Below, piece after piece: positions 1 through 14,799 of a DNA stretch of 64,000 nucleotides. The first letter of the stretch is position 1. Each line of letters starts with the position of its first letter. The notes below the pieces were generated by a model. The model had not been told where the DNA came from, ran no database searches, and saw only the letters and a program-made list of their open reading frames with translations. A program made the position numbers and the translations under genes. Where the stretch lies: assembly GCF_056712565.1 (NCBI RefSeq), contig NZ_CM160072.1. One strand, given 5' to 3'.

Positions 1-264
1 GGAGTAATCACCACCATGATTGCGTCACTGATTATTGGACCGTTACTGACACCGCTAAATACATTACAGGTATTATTAGCGGGTTTGTTAATTGGTATTA
101 GTGGTTTTTGCGGCGATGTAGTGATGTCAGCCACCAAACGAGATGTTGGTGTTAAAGATAGCGGAAAACTATTACCAGGACATGGCGGACTCCTTGACAG
201 GATTGACTCATTAATTTTCACCGCTCCGGTATTTTTTTATTTTATTCGCTACTGCTGTTACTGA
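1..264 (+). CDS. ynbB: CDP-diglyceride synthase (CdsA) family membrane protein, 3' part; 5' end lies outside the window
   Basis: Reading frame open from position 1 to stop at 264 (track ORF 16..264); C-terminal [12 protein letters not shown] motif typical of CdsA-family cytidylyltransferases; sits directly upstream of ynbC as in E. coli. Confidence 0.7.
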   Translation, partial: GVITTMIASLIIGPLLTPLNTLQVLLAGLLIGISGFCGDVVMSATKRDVGVKDSGKLLPGHGGLLDRIDSLIFTAPVFFYFIRYCCY

Positions 265-279
265 AGGAAAACAGAGAAA

Positions 280-3343
<3,064 letters not shown>

Positions 3344-3396
3344 GCGGATTGAGATGTGGACTGAATATCTACAGTCCACATCAAGATCGTGTCCGG

Positions 3397-4011
<615 letters not shown>

Positions 4012-4202
4012 TTATAGATATTTGAATGGGCAATGCCCCGTTGCTTGTTGACACTTTATTCACAATCCTGCCACAGAGATAGCGCAATAAATCGAAGCCT
4101 ATGTTCGAATTTATTGAACAACGCATAGAAAGCCGCGATGTGGTACTCTATATCTATCATTTAAAAGAAAATTAATCAGGCAGACTACTGCCCACTAACG
4201 TT

Positions 4203-7200
4203 ATGACAGAACAACAAAAATTGACCTTTACTGCCTTGCAGCAGCGGCTGGATTCGCTGATGCTGCGTGACAGACTGCGTTTTTCTCGCCGTCTGCACGG
4301 CGTGAAGAAGGTTAAAAATCCTGATGCACAACAGGCCATTTTCCAGGAGATGGCGAAAGAGATTGACCATGCGGCAGGGAAAGTCCTGCTGCGTGAAGCG
4401 GCACGACCGGAGATTACTTACCCGGACAATTTGCCGGTTAGTCAGAAAAAACAGGACATTCTCGAAGCGATTCGTGACCACCAGGTGGTGATCGTCGCCG
4501 GGGAAACGGGTTCCGGTAAAACGACTCAGCTACCGAAAATCTGTATGGAGCTGGGTCGCGGGATTAAAGGGCTGATCGGCCATACCCAGCCGCGTCGGCT
4601 GGCGGCGCGAACGGTGGCGAACCGTATTGCGGAAGAGCTAAAAACGGAGCCGGGCGGTTGCATCGGTTACAAAGTGCGTTTCAGCGATCACGTCAGTGAT
4701 AACACGATGGTCAAGCTGATGACCGACGGTATCCTGCTGGCAGAGATCCAGCAAGACCGCCTGCTGATGCAGTACGACACCATCATTATTGACGAAGCGC
4801 ACGAACGCAGCCTGAATATCGATTTTCTCCTCGGCTATTTGAAAGAGTTGCTGCCGCGGCGTCCTGACCTAAAAATTATTATCACTTCCGCGACTATCGA
4901 CCCGGAACGCTTTTCGCGCCACTTTAATAATGCGCCGATTATCGAAGTCTCCGGTCGGACCTATCCGGTGGAAGTGCGCTATCGCCCGATTGTTGAAGAA
5001 GCTGATGACACCGAGCGCGACCAGTTGCAGGCGATTTTCGATGCCGTAGATGAACTGAGCCAGGAAAGCCCTGGCGACATTCTGATTTTTATGAGCGGCG
5101 AGCGAGAAATTCGCGATACCGCCGATGCGCTGAACAAGCTGAACTTACGCCATACGGAAATTCTTCCGCTTTATGCACGGCTTTCGAACAGCGAGCAGAA
5201 CCGCGTCTTCCAGTCGCACAGCGGACGGCGCATTGTGCTGGCGACTAACGTCGCGGAAACCTCGCTGACCGTACCGGGGATTAAATACGTTATCGACCCA
5301 GGTACGGCGCGTATCAGCCGCTACAGCTATCGCACCAAAGTGCAGCGTTTGCCGATTGAGCCAATTTCGCAGGCTTCAGCTAATCAGCGTAAAGGCCGCT
5401 GCGGTCGTGTGTCAGAAGGGATCTGTATTCGTCTCTATTCCGAAGACGATTTCCTCTCGCGCCCGGAGTTTACCGACCCAGAAATTCTGCGTACTAACCT
5501 GGCCTCGGTTATTTTGCAGATGACCGCACTGGGCTTGGGCGATATCGCCGCATTCCCGTTTGTCGAAGCACCGGATAAACGCAATATCCAGGATGGCGTG
5601 CGTCTGCTCGAAGAACTGGGCGCGATCACCACGGATGAACAGGCCAGCGCCTATAAACTGACGCCGCTCGGTCGCCAGCTCTCGCAGTTGCCTGTCGACC
5701 CACGTCTGGCGCGTATGGTGCTGGAAGCGCAAAAACATGGCTGCGTGCGTGAGGCGATGATTATCACTTCCGCGCTCTCTATTCAGGACCCGCGTGAGCG
5801 GCCAATGGACAAGCAGCAGGCATCGGACGAAAAACATCGTCGCTTCCACGACAAAGAGTCTGACTTCCTCGCGTTTGTGAATCTGTGGAATTATCTTGGC
5901 GAGCAGCAAAAGGCGCTTTCTTCAAACGCCTTCCGTCGCCTGTGCCGTACTGATTATCTCAACTATCTGCGCGTGCGCGAATGGCAGGATATCTACACCC
6001 AGTTGCGCCAGGTGGTGAAAGAACTTGGCATTCCGGTTAACAGCGAACCGGCGGATTATCGCGAAATTCACATTGCGTTGCTGACCGGTTTGCTTTCGCA
6101 TATCGGCATGAAAGATGCCGATAAACAAGAATATACCGGCGCACGTAACGCGCGTTTCTCCATCTTCCCCGGTTCCGGCTTATTCAAAAAACCGCCGAAA
6201 TGGGTAATGGTGGCGGAACTGGTAGAAACCAGCCGCCTGTGGGGACGCATTGCTGCGCGGATCGACCCGGAATGGGTGGAGCCAGTTGCTCAGCATTTGA
6301 TTAAACGCACCTATAGCGAACCGCACTGGGAACGGGCGCAGGGCGCGGTGATGGCAACGGAAAAAGTCACTGTTTATGGTTTGCCGATTGTTGCCGCGCG
6401 CAAGGTCAACTACAGCCAGATCGATCCGGCGTTATGTCGTGAACTCTTTATTCGCCACGCGCTGGTGGAAGGTGACTGGCAGACGCGTCACGCATTCTTC
6501 CGTGAAAACCTGAAACTACGGGCCGAAGTGGAAGAACTGGAACACAAAACTCGTCGCCGCGATATTCTGGTGGATGACGAAACGTTGTTTGAGTTCTACG
6601 ACCAGCGCATCAGCCACGATGTGATCTCCGCACGCCATTTCGACAGCTGGTGGAAAAAAGTCAGCCGCGAAACGCCTGATTTGCTCAACTTTGAAAAGAG
6701 CATGTTGATCAAAGAAGGGGCGGAAAAAATCAGCAAACTGGATTACCCGAACTTCTGGCATCAGGGCAATCTCAAACTGCGTTTGAGCTATCAGTTTGAG
6801 CCCGGCGCGGATGCTGACGGTGTGACCGTGCATATCCCGCTGCCGCTACTTAACCAGGTTGAGGAGAGTGGGTTTGAGTGGCAGATCCCCGGTCTGCGTC
6901 GTGAGCTGATCATCGCCCTGATTAAATCGCTGCCGAAGCCGGTACGCCGTAATTTTGTGCCCGCGCCAAACTTCGCCGAAGCGTTTTTAGGCCGCGTCAC
7001 ACCGCTGGAATTGCCGTTGCTCGACAGCCTTGAACGAGAGTTACGGCGGATGACTGGCGTCACCGTTGACCGCGAAGACTGGCACTGGGATCAGGTGCCC
7101 GATCACCTGAAAATCACTTTCCGCGTGGTGGATGACAAAAACAAGAAGCTAAAAGAAGGGCGCTCATTACAGGATCTGAAAGACGCCCTGAAAGGCAAAG

Positions 7201-8105
7201 TGCAGGAAACGCTGTCTGCCGTGGCGGATGACGGTATCGAGCAGAGCGGTTTACATATCTGGAGTTTTGGTCAACTGCCGGAAAGCTACGAGCAGAAGCG
7301 CGGCAACTACAAAGTGAAGGCTTGGCCGGCGCTGGTGGATGAGCGTGACAGCGTAGCGATCAAACTGTTTGATAACCCGCTGGAACAGAAGCAGGCAATG
7401 TGGAGCGGTCTTCGCCGTTTACTGCTGCTAAATATTCCATCGCCGATCAAGTACTTGCACGAAAAGCTGCCAAACAAAGCCAAGCTGGGGCTGTACTTTA
7501 ACCCGTATGGCAAAGTGCTGGAGCTGATCGATGACTGTATCTCATGCGGTGTGGATAAATTAATCGACGCCAACGGCGGTCCGGTCTGGACGGAAGAAGG
7601 CTTTGCTGCGCTGCATGAAAAAGTCCGCGCTGAACTGAACGACACGGTGGTGGATATTGCGAAGCAGGTCGAGCAAATCCTCACTGCGGTGTTCAATATC
7701 AACAAACGTCTGAAAGGGCGGGTGGATATGACCATGGCGCTGGGGCTTTCTGACATTAAAGCGCAGATGGGCGGGCTGGTGTATCGCGGTTTTGTCACTG
7801 GTAACGGCTTCAAACGGCTGGGCGACACGCTGCGTTATTTGCAGGCGATTGAAAAACGACTGGAAAAACTGGCGATTGATCCACATCGCGACCGTGCTCA
7901 GATGCTGAAAGTCGAAAACGTCCAGCAGGCGTGGCAGCAATGGATCAACAAACTACCGCCTGCACGTCGTGAGGATGAAGACGTGAAAGAGGTCCGCTGG
8001 ATGATAGAAGAGCTGCGCGTTAGTTACTTCGCTCAACAACTTGGCACGCCTTATCCGATTTCGGATAAGCGTATTTTGCAGGCGATGGAGCAGATTAGCG
8101 GTTAA
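4203..8105 (+). CDS. hrpA: ATP-dependent RNA helicase HrpA (DEAH-box)
   Basis: 1300 aa ORF; Walker A GETGSGKTTQLP, DEAH box (IIDEAHERS), helicase C-terminal motifs; length equals E. coli HrpA. Confidence 0.95.
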   Translation: MTEQQKLTFTALQQRLDSLMLRDRLRFSRRLHGVKKVKNPDAQQAIFQEMAKEIDHAAGKVLLREAARPEITYPDNLPVSQKKQDILEAIRDHQVVIVAGETGSGKTTQLPKICMELGRGIKGLIGHTQPRRLAARTVANRIAEELKTEPGGCIGYKVRFSDHVSDNTMVKLMTDGILLAEIQQDRLLMQYDTIIIDEAHERSLNIDFLLGYLKELLPRRPDLKIIITSATIDPERFSRHFNNAPIIEVSGRTYPVEVRYRPIVEEADDTERDQLQAIFDAVDELSQESPGDILIFMSGEREIRDTADALNKLNLRHTEILPLYARLSNSEQNRVFQSHSGRRIVLATNVAETSLTVPGIKYVIDPGTARISRYSYRTKVQRLPIEPISQASANQRKGRCGRVSEGICIRLYSEDDFLSRPEFTDPEILRTNLASVILQMTALGLGDIAAFPFVEAPDKRNIQDGVRLLEELGAITTDEQASAYKLTPLGRQLSQLPVDPRLARMVLEAQKHGCVREAMIITSALSIQDPRERPMDKQQASDEKHRRFHDKESDFLAFVNLWNYLGEQQKALSSNAFRRLCRTDYLNYLRVREWQDIYTQLRQVVKELGIPVNSEPADYREIHIALLTGLLSHIGMKDADKQEYTGARNARFSIFPGSGLFKKPPKWVMVAELVETSRLWGRIAARIDPEWVEPVAQHLIKRTYSEPHWERAQGAVMATEKVTVYGLPIVAARKVNYSQIDPALCRELFIRHALVEGDWQTRHAFFRENLKLRAEVEELEHKTRRRDILVDDETLFEFYDQRISHDVISARHFDSWWKKVSRETPDLLNFEKSMLIKEGAEKISKLDYPNFWHQGNLKLRLSYQFEPGADADGVTVHIPLPLLNQVEESGFEWQIPGLRRELIIALIKSLPKPVRRNFVPAPNFAEAFLGRVTPLELPLLDSLERELRRMTGVTVDREDWHWDQVPDHLKITFRVVDDKNKKLKEGRSLQDLKDALKGKVQETLSAVADDGIEQSGLHIWSFGQLPESYEQKRGNYKVKAWPALVDERDSVAIKLFDNPLEQKQAMWSGLRRLLLLNIPSPIKYLHEKLPNKAKLGLYFNPYGKVLELIDDCISCGVDKLIDANGGPVWTEEGFAALHEKVRAELNDTVVDIAKQVEQILTAVFNINKRLKGRVDMTMALGLSDIKAQMGGLVYRGFVTGNGFKRLGDTLRYLQAIEKRLEKLAIDPHRDRAQMLKVENVQQAWQQWINKLPPARREDEDVKEVRWMIEELRVSYFAQQLGTPYPISDKRILQAMEQISG

Positions 8106-8130
8106 CACTGCTATTTGCCTGATAAATCTA

Positions 8131-8165
8131 AAACCCGGTAAGCATTTAGCGCCGGGTTTTTTATT
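8131..8165 (+). terminator. putative rho-independent terminator of hrpA
   Basis: Inverted repeat aaacccgg...ccgggttt followed by a T-run (ttttttatt), about 25 nt after the hrpA stop. Confidence 0.5.
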
Positions 8166-8377
8166 AATTCTAAAAACGATAAGGGAAAAGATTCAGGAGT
8201 TCAGAAAAATACAATTCTCTGCTGCAAGATGAATAATGTTTATCTACAGCATTTCCTTAAAAGATATGTCAGGCTGGCGGAGTGGCAGTTAAGGAAATAC
8301 GACTTCCTCCTTTCAGAGTGCTCCGCTTCTCACTATTATCTCACGCAGTATTCTTAAGGGAACGATAAGGAGGAACC

Positions 8378-9178
8378 ATGAATATTACCCCGTTTCCGAC
8401 GCTTTCGCCGGCAACCATAGATGCCATAAATGTTATCGGACAGTGGCTGGCGCAGGATGATTTCTCCGGTGAGGTGCCGTATCAGGCCGATTGCGTGATC
8501 CTTGCAGGCAATGCGGTTATGCCGACTATCGATGCGGCATGTAAGATTGCCCGCGATCAGCAAATTCCTTTACTGATTAGTGGTGGTATCGGTCACTCGA
8601 CAACTTTTTTGTATAGCGCCATCGCACAGCATCCACACTACAACACTATCCGCACCACTGGCAGAGCTGAAGCTACCATCCTGGCGGATATCGCTCATCA
8701 GTTCTGGCATATTCCGCATGAAAAAATCTGGATTGAAGACCAGTCAACAAACTGCGGTGAAAACGCACGCTTTAGCATCGCGCTATTGAATCAGGCCGTA
8801 GAACGAGTTCATACGGCTATCGTTGTTCAGGACCCCACCATGCAGCGGCGCACGATGGCGACGTTCCGCCGTATAACCGGGGATAATCCCGATGCACCAC
8901 GCTGGTTAAGTTATCCCGGATTCGTTCCTCAGTTAGGAAATAACGCAGACAGTGTAATCTTTGTTAATCCGTTGCAAGGATTATGGCCGGTTGAGCGTTA
9001 TCTATCGCTACTCACTGGCGAGCTGCCGCGTTTACGCGATGATAGCGATGGCTACGGCCCCCGCGGGCGAGATTTTATCGTTCACGTTGATTTTCCGGCA
9101 GAAGTCATCCAGGCATGGCAAACGCTGAAACACGATGCGGTGCTCATCGAGGCGATGGAAAGTCGCTCGTTACGTTAA
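8378..9178 (+). CDS. ydcF: DUF218-family protein YdcF
   Basis: 266 aa ORF with RBS (aaggagga) upstream; length and position match E. coli ydcF. Confidence 0.8.
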   Translation: MNITPFPTLSPATIDAINVIGQWLAQDDFSGEVPYQADCVILAGNAVMPTIDAACKIARDQQIPLLISGGIGHSTTFLYSAIAQHPHYNTIRTTGRAEATILADIAHQFWHIPHEKIWIEDQSTNCGENARFSIALLNQAVERVHTAIVVQDPTMQRRTMATFRRITGDNPDAPRWLSYPGFVPQLGNNADSVIFVNPLQGLWPVERYLSLLTGELPRLRDDSDGYGPRGRDFIVHVDFPAEVIQAWQTLKHDAVLIEAMESRSLR

Positions 9179-9374
9179 AAATTGCCCGTTCGTGAACCAA
9201 TTGTTTGCAAACGGGCATGACTTCTGACTTTTATTTCTGCCTTTAATTCCTTTTACACTTGTTTTTATGAAGCCCTTCACAGAATTGTCCTTTCACGATG
9301 CCGTCTCTCTGATAATTGATGTTAATTAACAATAAATTTACCAAAAACAAACATGCAAATCACAGGAGTCGCCC

Positions 9375-10814
9375 ATGTCAGTACCCGTTCAACATCCTAT
9401 GTATATCGATGGACAGTTTGTTACCTGGCGTGGAGACGCATGGATTGATGTGGTAAACCCTGCTACAGAGGTTGTCATTTCCCGCATTCCCGATGGTCAG
9501 GCCGAGGATGCCCGTAAGGCAATCGATGCAGCAGAACGTGCACAACCAGAATGGGAAGCGTTGCCTGCTATTGAACGCGCCAGTTGGTTGCGCAAAATCT
9601 CCGCCGGGATCCGGGAACGTGCCAGTGAAATCAGTGCGCTGATTGTCGAAGAAGGGGGCAAGATCCAGCAGTTGGCTGAAGTCGAAGTGGCTTTTACTGC
9701 GGACTATATCGATTATATGGCGGAGTGGGCACGGCGTTACGAGGGCGAGATTATTCAAAGCGATCGTCCAGGAGAAAATATCCTTCTGTTTAAACGTGCG
9801 CTTGGCGTGACTACCGGCATTCTGCCGTGGAACTTTCCGTTCTTCCTCATTGCCCGCAAAATGGCTCCCGCTCTTTTGACCGGTAATACCATCGTCATTA
9901 AACCCAGTGAATTTACGCCAAACAATGCGATTGCATTCGCCAAAATCGTTGATGAAATAGGCCTTCCGCGCGGCGTGTTTAACCTTGTACTCGGGCGTGG
10001 TGAAACCGTTGGGCAAGAACTGGCGGGTAACCCAAAGGTCGCAATGGTCAGTATGACAGGCAGCGTCTCTGCAGGTGAAAAGATTATGGCGACTGCGGCG
10101 AAAAACATCACCAAAGTGTGCCTGGAATTGGGGGGTAAAGCACCGGCTATCGTAATGGACGATGCCGATCTTGAACTGGCAGTCAAAGCCATCGTTGATT
10201 CACGCGTCATTAATAGTGGGCAAGTGTGTAACTGTGCAGAACGTGTTTATGTACAGAAAAGCATTTATGATCAGTTCGTCAATCGGCTGGGGGAAGCGAT
10301 GCAGGCGGTTCAATTTGGTAACCCCGCTGAACGCAACGACATTGCGATGGGACCGTTGATTAACGCCGCGGCGCTGGAAAGGGTTGAGCAAAAAGTGGCG
10401 CGCGCAGTAGAAGAAGGGGCGAGAGTGGCGTTGGGTGGCAAAGCGGTAGAGGGGAAAGGATATTATTATCCGCCGACATTGCTGCTGGATGTTCGCCAGG
10501 AAATGTCGATTATGCATGAGGAAACCTTTGGCCCGGTTCTGCCGGTGGTCGCATTTGACACGCTGGAAGAGGCTATCTCAATGGCTAATGACAGTGATTA
10601 CGGCCTGACCTCATCAATCTATACCCAAAATCTGAACGTCGCGATGAAAGCCATTAAAGGGCTGAAGTTTGGTGAAACTTACATCAACCGTGAAAACTTC
10701 GAAGCTATGCAAGGCTTCCACGCTGGATGGCGTAAATCCGGTATTGGCGGCGCAGATGGTAAACATGGCTTGCATGAATATCTGCAGACCCAGGTGGTTT
10801 ATTTACAGTCGTAA
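9375..10814 (+). CDS. aldA: lactaldehyde dehydrogenase (NAD-dependent aldehyde dehydrogenase)
   Basis: 479 aa ORF starting MSVPVQHPMYIDGQFV; aldehyde dehydrogenase family motifs (catalytic Cys region GQVCNCAERV, ELGGKAP); matches E. coli AldA. Confidence 0.9.
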   Translation: MSVPVQHPMYIDGQFVTWRGDAWIDVVNPATEVVISRIPDGQAEDARKAIDAAERAQPEWEALPAIERASWLRKISAGIRERASEISALIVEEGGKIQQLAEVEVAFTADYIDYMAEWARRYEGEIIQSDRPGENILLFKRALGVTTGILPWNFPFFLIARKMAPALLTGNTIVIKPSEFTPNNAIAFAKIVDEIGLPRGVFNLVLGRGETVGQELAGNPKVAMVSMTGSVSAGEKIMATAAKNITKVCLELGGKAPAIVMDDADLELAVKAIVDSRVINSGQVCNCAERVYVQKSIYDQFVNRLGEAMQAVQFGNPAERNDIAMGPLINAAALERVEQKVARAVEEGARVALGGKAVEGKGYYYPPTLLLDVRQEMSIMHEETFGPVLPVVAFDTLEEAISMANDSDYGLTSSIYTQNLNVAMKAIKGLKFGETYINRENFEAMQGFHAGWRKSGIGGADGKHGLHEYLQTQVVYLQS

Positions 10815-10824
10815 TGAGTGAAAG

Positions 10825-10848
10825 AGGCGGAGGTTTTTTCCTCCGCCT
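10825..10848. terminator. bidirectional hairpin terminator between convergent aldA and gapC
   Basis: Perfect 9-bp stem aggcggagg / cctccgcct with tttttt loop, lying between the aldA stop (10814) and the gapC stop (10856). Confidence 0.6.
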
Positions 10849-10855
10849 GTGCGCG

Positions 10856-11857
10856 TCAGAGTTTAGCGAATTTTTCGAGGGTGCGAATAAGCTGCGTGAC
10901 GAAGCCATATTCGTTATCGTACCAGGCGACCGTTTTCACCAGTTGTAAATCGCCCACGGCGGTAATTTCCGTTTGCGTGGCATCAAACACCGAACCGAAA
11001 TGGCTGCCAATGATATCGGAAGAGACTATTTCTTCATCAGTATAACCAAATGACTCGTTATTGTTTGTCGCCTTTTTAAGCGCGTTGTTCACCTCTTCGG
11101 CAGTCACTTTCTTTCCGAGAATCGACACCAGTTCAGTGACCGAACCTGTTTTCACCGGCACGCGTTGCGCATGACCTTTCAGTTTGCCGCTCAGTTCCGG
11201 GATCACCAGACCAATGGCTTTTGCCGCCCCCGTAGTGTGGGGAATGATATTTTCTGCCGCTGCGCGTGAAGCACGTAAATCTTTACCACGTGGGCCATCC
11301 ACCAGTGACTGGGTGCCGGTATAGGCATGAATGGTTGTCATCGTGCCGACTTCTATCCCGAAACTGTCATGCAAGGCTTTGGCCATCGGCGCAAGGCAGT
11401 TAGTGGTGCATGACGCCACGGAAACAATGGTGTCGTTGCCATCCAGAGTGTCGTCATTGACGTTATAAACGATGGTTTTCATTTCACCGGCAGGGGCGGA
11501 AATCAACACCTTCTTCGCGCCAGCATCAAGATGCGCCTGCGATTTCTCGGCGGAGGTATAAAAGCCTGTACATTCGACAATGATTTCTGCGCCTTTCGCT
11601 TTCCACGGAATATTTTTAGCCTCTTTTTCGGCGTAAACCGCGATACTTTTCCCATTAACGATAAGTGAATCTTCCGTATAATCAACGCTCCAGGGGAACG
11701 GTCCGTAGTTTGAATCATGTTTCAGCAGGTAGGCGAGAATTTTTGGGGAAGTGAGATCATTAATAGCGACAACGTCTATGTTGCTTTTGACTTCAAGTAA
11801 TCGACGCAACACCAGTCGACCGATACGACCAAAACCATTAATACCAACTTTACTCAT
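10856..11857 (-). CDS. gapC: glyceraldehyde-3-phosphate dehydrogenase C (intact reading frame)
   Basis: 333 aa uninterrupted ORF, N-terminus [19 protein letters not shown] (NAD-binding GxGxxG), catalytic SCTTNCLAP motif. Confidence 0.85.
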   Translation of the reverse strand: MSKVGINGFGRIGRLVLRRLLEVKSNIDVVAINDLTSPKILAYLLKHDSNYGPFPWSVDYTEDSLIVNGKSIAVYAEKEAKNIPWKAKGAEIIVECTGFYTSAEKSQAHLDAGAKKVLISAPAGEMKTIVYNVNDDTLDGNDTIVSVASCTTNCLAPMAKALHDSFGIEVGTMTTIHAYTGTQSLVDGPRGKDLRASRAAAENIIPHTTGAAKAIGLVIPELSGKLKGHAQRVPVKTGSVTELVSILGKKVTAEEVNNALKKATNNNESFGYTDEEIVSSDIIGSHFGSVFDATQTEITAVGDLQLVKTVAWYDNEYGFVTQLIRTLEKFAKL

Positions 11858-12045
11858 GGTCTTCTCCTGTCAGGAACGTTCGGATGAAAATTGATCCTTT
11901 CCAGGCTTAGACCAGGATGGCGGGATGGGCAATCTACATTCTTGCAGCGAAACGTAACGTACTGAAAACAGGTGAACAATATTTAATGAAATTTTAAGAA
12001 AAGCCCGTTATGTTAACGGCAAATTATGTTAAAGCAGGAAATGTT

Positions 12046-12576
12046 ATGGGAAATAAATACTCAAGGTTACAAATCAGCATTCACTGGCTGGTCTTTTTGC
12101 TGGTTATCGTAGCGTATTGCGCAATGGAGTTTCGTGGTTTCTTCCCACGTAGCGATCGGCCCCTCATCAACATGATTCATGTTTCCTGTGGCATCTCAAT
12201 TCTCGTACTGATGGTGGTTCGTCTTTTGTTAAGGCTGAAATGCCCAACCCCGCCGATTATACCTAAGCCAAAACCGATGATGACGGGACTGGCGCATTTG
12301 GGCCATTTGGTGATTTATCTCCTGTTTATTGCGCTGCCAGTGATTGGTTTGGTGATGATGTATAACCGGGGCAACCCGTGGTTTGCGTTTGGTTTGACGA
12401 TGCCTTACGCTTCAGAGGCCAATTTCGAACGGGTTGATAGCTTAAAGTCGTGGCATGAAACGCTGGCGAATCTGGGATATTTTGTCATCGGGTTGCACGC
12501 TGCGGCTGCACTGGCACACCACTATTTCTGGAAGGACAACACACTTCTACGCATGATGCCGCGTAAACGTTCCTGA
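12046..12576 (+). CDS. cybB: cytochrome b561
   Basis: Track ORF 12010..12576; start re-set to the internal Met (MGNKYSRLQISIHWLVFLLV) giving 176 aa as in E. coli CybB; multiple TM helices with conserved His. Confidence 0.85.
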   Translation: MGNKYSRLQISIHWLVFLLVIVAYCAMEFRGFFPRSDRPLINMIHVSCGISILVLMVVRLLLRLKCPTPPIIPKPKPMMTGLAHLGHLVIYLLFIALPVIGLVMMYNRGNPWFAFGLTMPYASEANFERVDSLKSWHETLANLGYFVIGLHAAAALAHHYFWKDNTLLRMMPRKRS

Positions 12577-12585
12577 AGGATATTT

Positions 12586-12650
12586 AAAGAAAACGCCTGT
12601 ACTAAAACCGACCCGTGGTACAGGCGAAGAATACGGGCCTACATCGGAAG
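12586..12650 (-). ncRNA. rydC: RydC small regulatory RNA (Hfq-dependent)
   Basis: Minus-strand sequence cttccgatgtaggcccgtattcttcgcctgtaccacgggtcggttttagtacaggcgttttcttt matches my recollection of RydC, including a terminator hairpin (gcctgtac...gtacaggc) plus U-run; cybB-ydcA intergenic position as in K-12. Confidence 0.6.
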
Positions 12651-12820
12651 CGCCTATTATATTTATTTGTATGACAAATAAAACCATAATCCTTGTCTAT
12701 ACGTCCATCTGGCTTATCTTTAATCAATTCACCCGATCTTTGATCTCATCAACGGTATCAAAATAAACCAGCGTATAACGTTCAAATCGAACATAAGATT
12801 CGATAAATCATGGAGGTTAT

Positions 12821-12994
12821 ATGAAAAAACTGGCACTTATCCTGGTTATGGGAACGCTTGTTTCCTTTTATGCCGATGCCGGGCGCAAACCCTGTTCTGG
12901 TTCGAAAGGGGGGATCTCACACTGTACGGCAGGCGGCAAATTTGTCTGTAATGATGGTTCTATTAGTGCATCGAAAAAAACATGCACTAACTGA
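12821..12994 (+). CDS. ydcA: small secreted protein YdcA (57 aa, signal peptide)
   Basis: ATG preceded by RBS tggagg; MKKLALILVMGTLVSFYADA signal-peptide-like N-terminus; below the ORF-track length cut-off, so located by hand. Confidence 0.55.
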   Translation: MKKLALILVMGTLVSFYADAGRKPCSGSKGGISHCTAGGKFVCNDGSISASKKTCTN

Positions 12995-13038
12995 AGTGTA
13001 AAAGGGGTGCCATGAGAAAATGAATCCGCTAGTCAGAT

Positions 13039-13060
13039 GCGCGGGGGAAAATCCCCGCGC
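13039..13060. terminator. GC-rich hairpin 3' of hokB remnant / ydcA
   Basis: Perfect 8-bp stem gcgcgggg / ccccgcgc with gaaaat loop. Confidence 0.4.
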
Positions 13061-13066
13061 TTGCCC

Positions 13067-13151
<85 letters not shown>

Positions 13152-13177
<26 letters not shown>

Positions 13178-13622
13178 GCAAGGCCCTGGATTTGCCGTTG
13201 TCGCCAGCGAAGTACGGACACTCGCAAGCCGCAGCGCCCAGGCGGCGAAAGAGATTGAAGGCTTGATCAGTGAATCAGTCAGATTAATTGACCTGGGATC
13301 GGATGAGGTGGCAACGGCAGGGAAAATCATGTGCACTATTGTTGATGCCGTCGCGAGTGTCACACATATCATGCAGGAAATCGCCACCGCCTCGGGTGAA
13401 CAAAGTCGAGGCATAACGCAGGTTAGCCAGGCGATTTCTGAAATGGATAAGGTGACGCAACAGAATGCTTCTCTGGTAGAAGAGGCCTCAACGGCAGCGG
13501 TGTCCCTTGAAGAACAGGCGGCACGACTAACTGAGGCGGTGGACGTATTCCGTCTCAACAAACATTCTGTGTCGGCAGAACCTCGCGGAGCTTGTGAACC
13601 AGTTAGTTTTGCTACGGTGTGA
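13152..13622 (+). pseudogene. trg: methyl-accepting chemotaxis protein Trg, C-terminal ~150 codons only
   Basis: 156 aa ORF containing only the MCP signalling-domain tail ([13 protein letters not shown]...[32 protein letters not shown]); full-length Trg is about 546 aa; the first ~10 codons are antisense to the hokB remnant, so the ATG is fortuitous. Confidence 0.6.
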
Positions 13623-13634
13623 AAATGTTAAAGG

Positions 13635-13652
13635 AGGGATCGACAGATCCCT
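13635..13652. terminator. bidirectional hairpin between trg remnant and ydcI
   Basis: 7-bp stem agggatc / gatccct with 4-nt loop between convergent 3' ends. Confidence 0.45.
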
Positions 13653-13659
13653 TCACCTT

Positions 13660-14583
13660 TCAGAACGGCATTGATTTTCGAATAGCGTTAATCATCAACT
13701 GGCAACCAGAAGAGAACGTCGCATCTACGCGGGTCAGTATTCCAATCGGTTCGCCTGCACCATGACCCGGAACAGGCAGGGCCACCAGCGTGGCATGACG
13801 CAGGTCGTCTTTTACAGCGCCAGAAGGGACAAACCACACGTAATCGTATTCAACCGTAAGTTGACGAGATAGCGAAGCAGACAGCGTTTCGATACAACCC
13901 GAAGGAATTTTACATCCCTGGCTCTGCACTAATGCATCTGAATGCTGGCGTGGCGCAGTGCCTTCTGGTGATACAACGACCGGCCATTCCAGCACCCGGC
14001 TTAGCGTTACGTTCTCCTGAAGTAGCGGGTGATTGGGGCGGACAACCAGCTTCAGCGATTCAAGAAACAGCAGTTCATAATTAAGCCCGTTCATCAGTTC
14101 AGGATCTGACATCCGACCAATGCCGATATCGATTTCCCCGGTTTTTAAACCCGCCAGAATCATAGGGTTACTCATTGTCGCAACTTGCAAGGTCGTCTCT
14201 TTTTGTTGCTGATGAAACTGACCTATAACCGAAGGTAATATCCCTAGTGCCGCAGTAGGTAGCGCACCAACCCTGACGACATCATTATTAAGACCTTCTT
14301 TACGATGAAGCGACTGTCCGGCAGTGTTGATGGCGTCAAGAACTCTGACTGCATGCGTTAAAAATTGTTCGCCGGGTAAGGTAAGTTGCGCCCCCTGACG
14401 ACCACGCTCAAACAAGCGAGCGCCCGTCAGCTGCTCCAGTTCATTCAATGTCTTAGAGAGCGCAGGTTGACTCAAATTAAGGGTTTCAGCCGCGCGCCCC
14501 AAAGTTCCTTGTTGTGCGACAGCTACGAATGTATGAAGGTGGCGCAAACGGATGCGCTGACTAAACAGACTATTTTTTTCCAT
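13660..14583 (-). CDS. ydcI: LysR-family transcriptional regulator
   Basis: Track ORF 13660..14724; start re-set to MEKNSLFSQRIRLRHLHTF giving 307 aa; N-terminal HTH (LSQPALSKTLNELE) and LysR substrate-binding domain. Confidence 0.8.
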   Translation of the reverse strand: MEKNSLFSQRIRLRHLHTFVAVAQQGTLGRAAETLNLSQPALSKTLNELEQLTGARLFERGRQGAQLTLPGEQFLTHAVRVLDAINTAGQSLHRKEGLNNDVVRVGALPTAALGILPSVIGQFHQQQKETTLQVATMSNPMILAGLKTGEIDIGIGRMSDPELMNGLNYELLFLESLKLVVRPNHPLLQENVTLSRVLEWPVVVSPEGTAPRQHSDALVQSQGCKIPSGCIETLSASLSRQLTVEYDYVWFVPSGAVKDDLRHATLVALPVPGHGAGEPIGILTRVDATFSSGCQLMINAIRKSMPF

Positions 14584-14799
14584 AAGCGATGTTAAAAACG
14601 AAGCGGTGTCGCTGACAAGTGAAGTTGTTTTATTATGATAACTTGATTGCAAAATATTATTAACAATTAAAGCAACTATGTTACAGCAAAATGGATAATA
14701 TTGATGTTTTCGCGGCGAGATCACAGTTTGTAAATTCTTCCAGCCGGAGTGAATGCGGTTACCTACACTCCAGATTACTGACCACTGGAGGCAGACACT

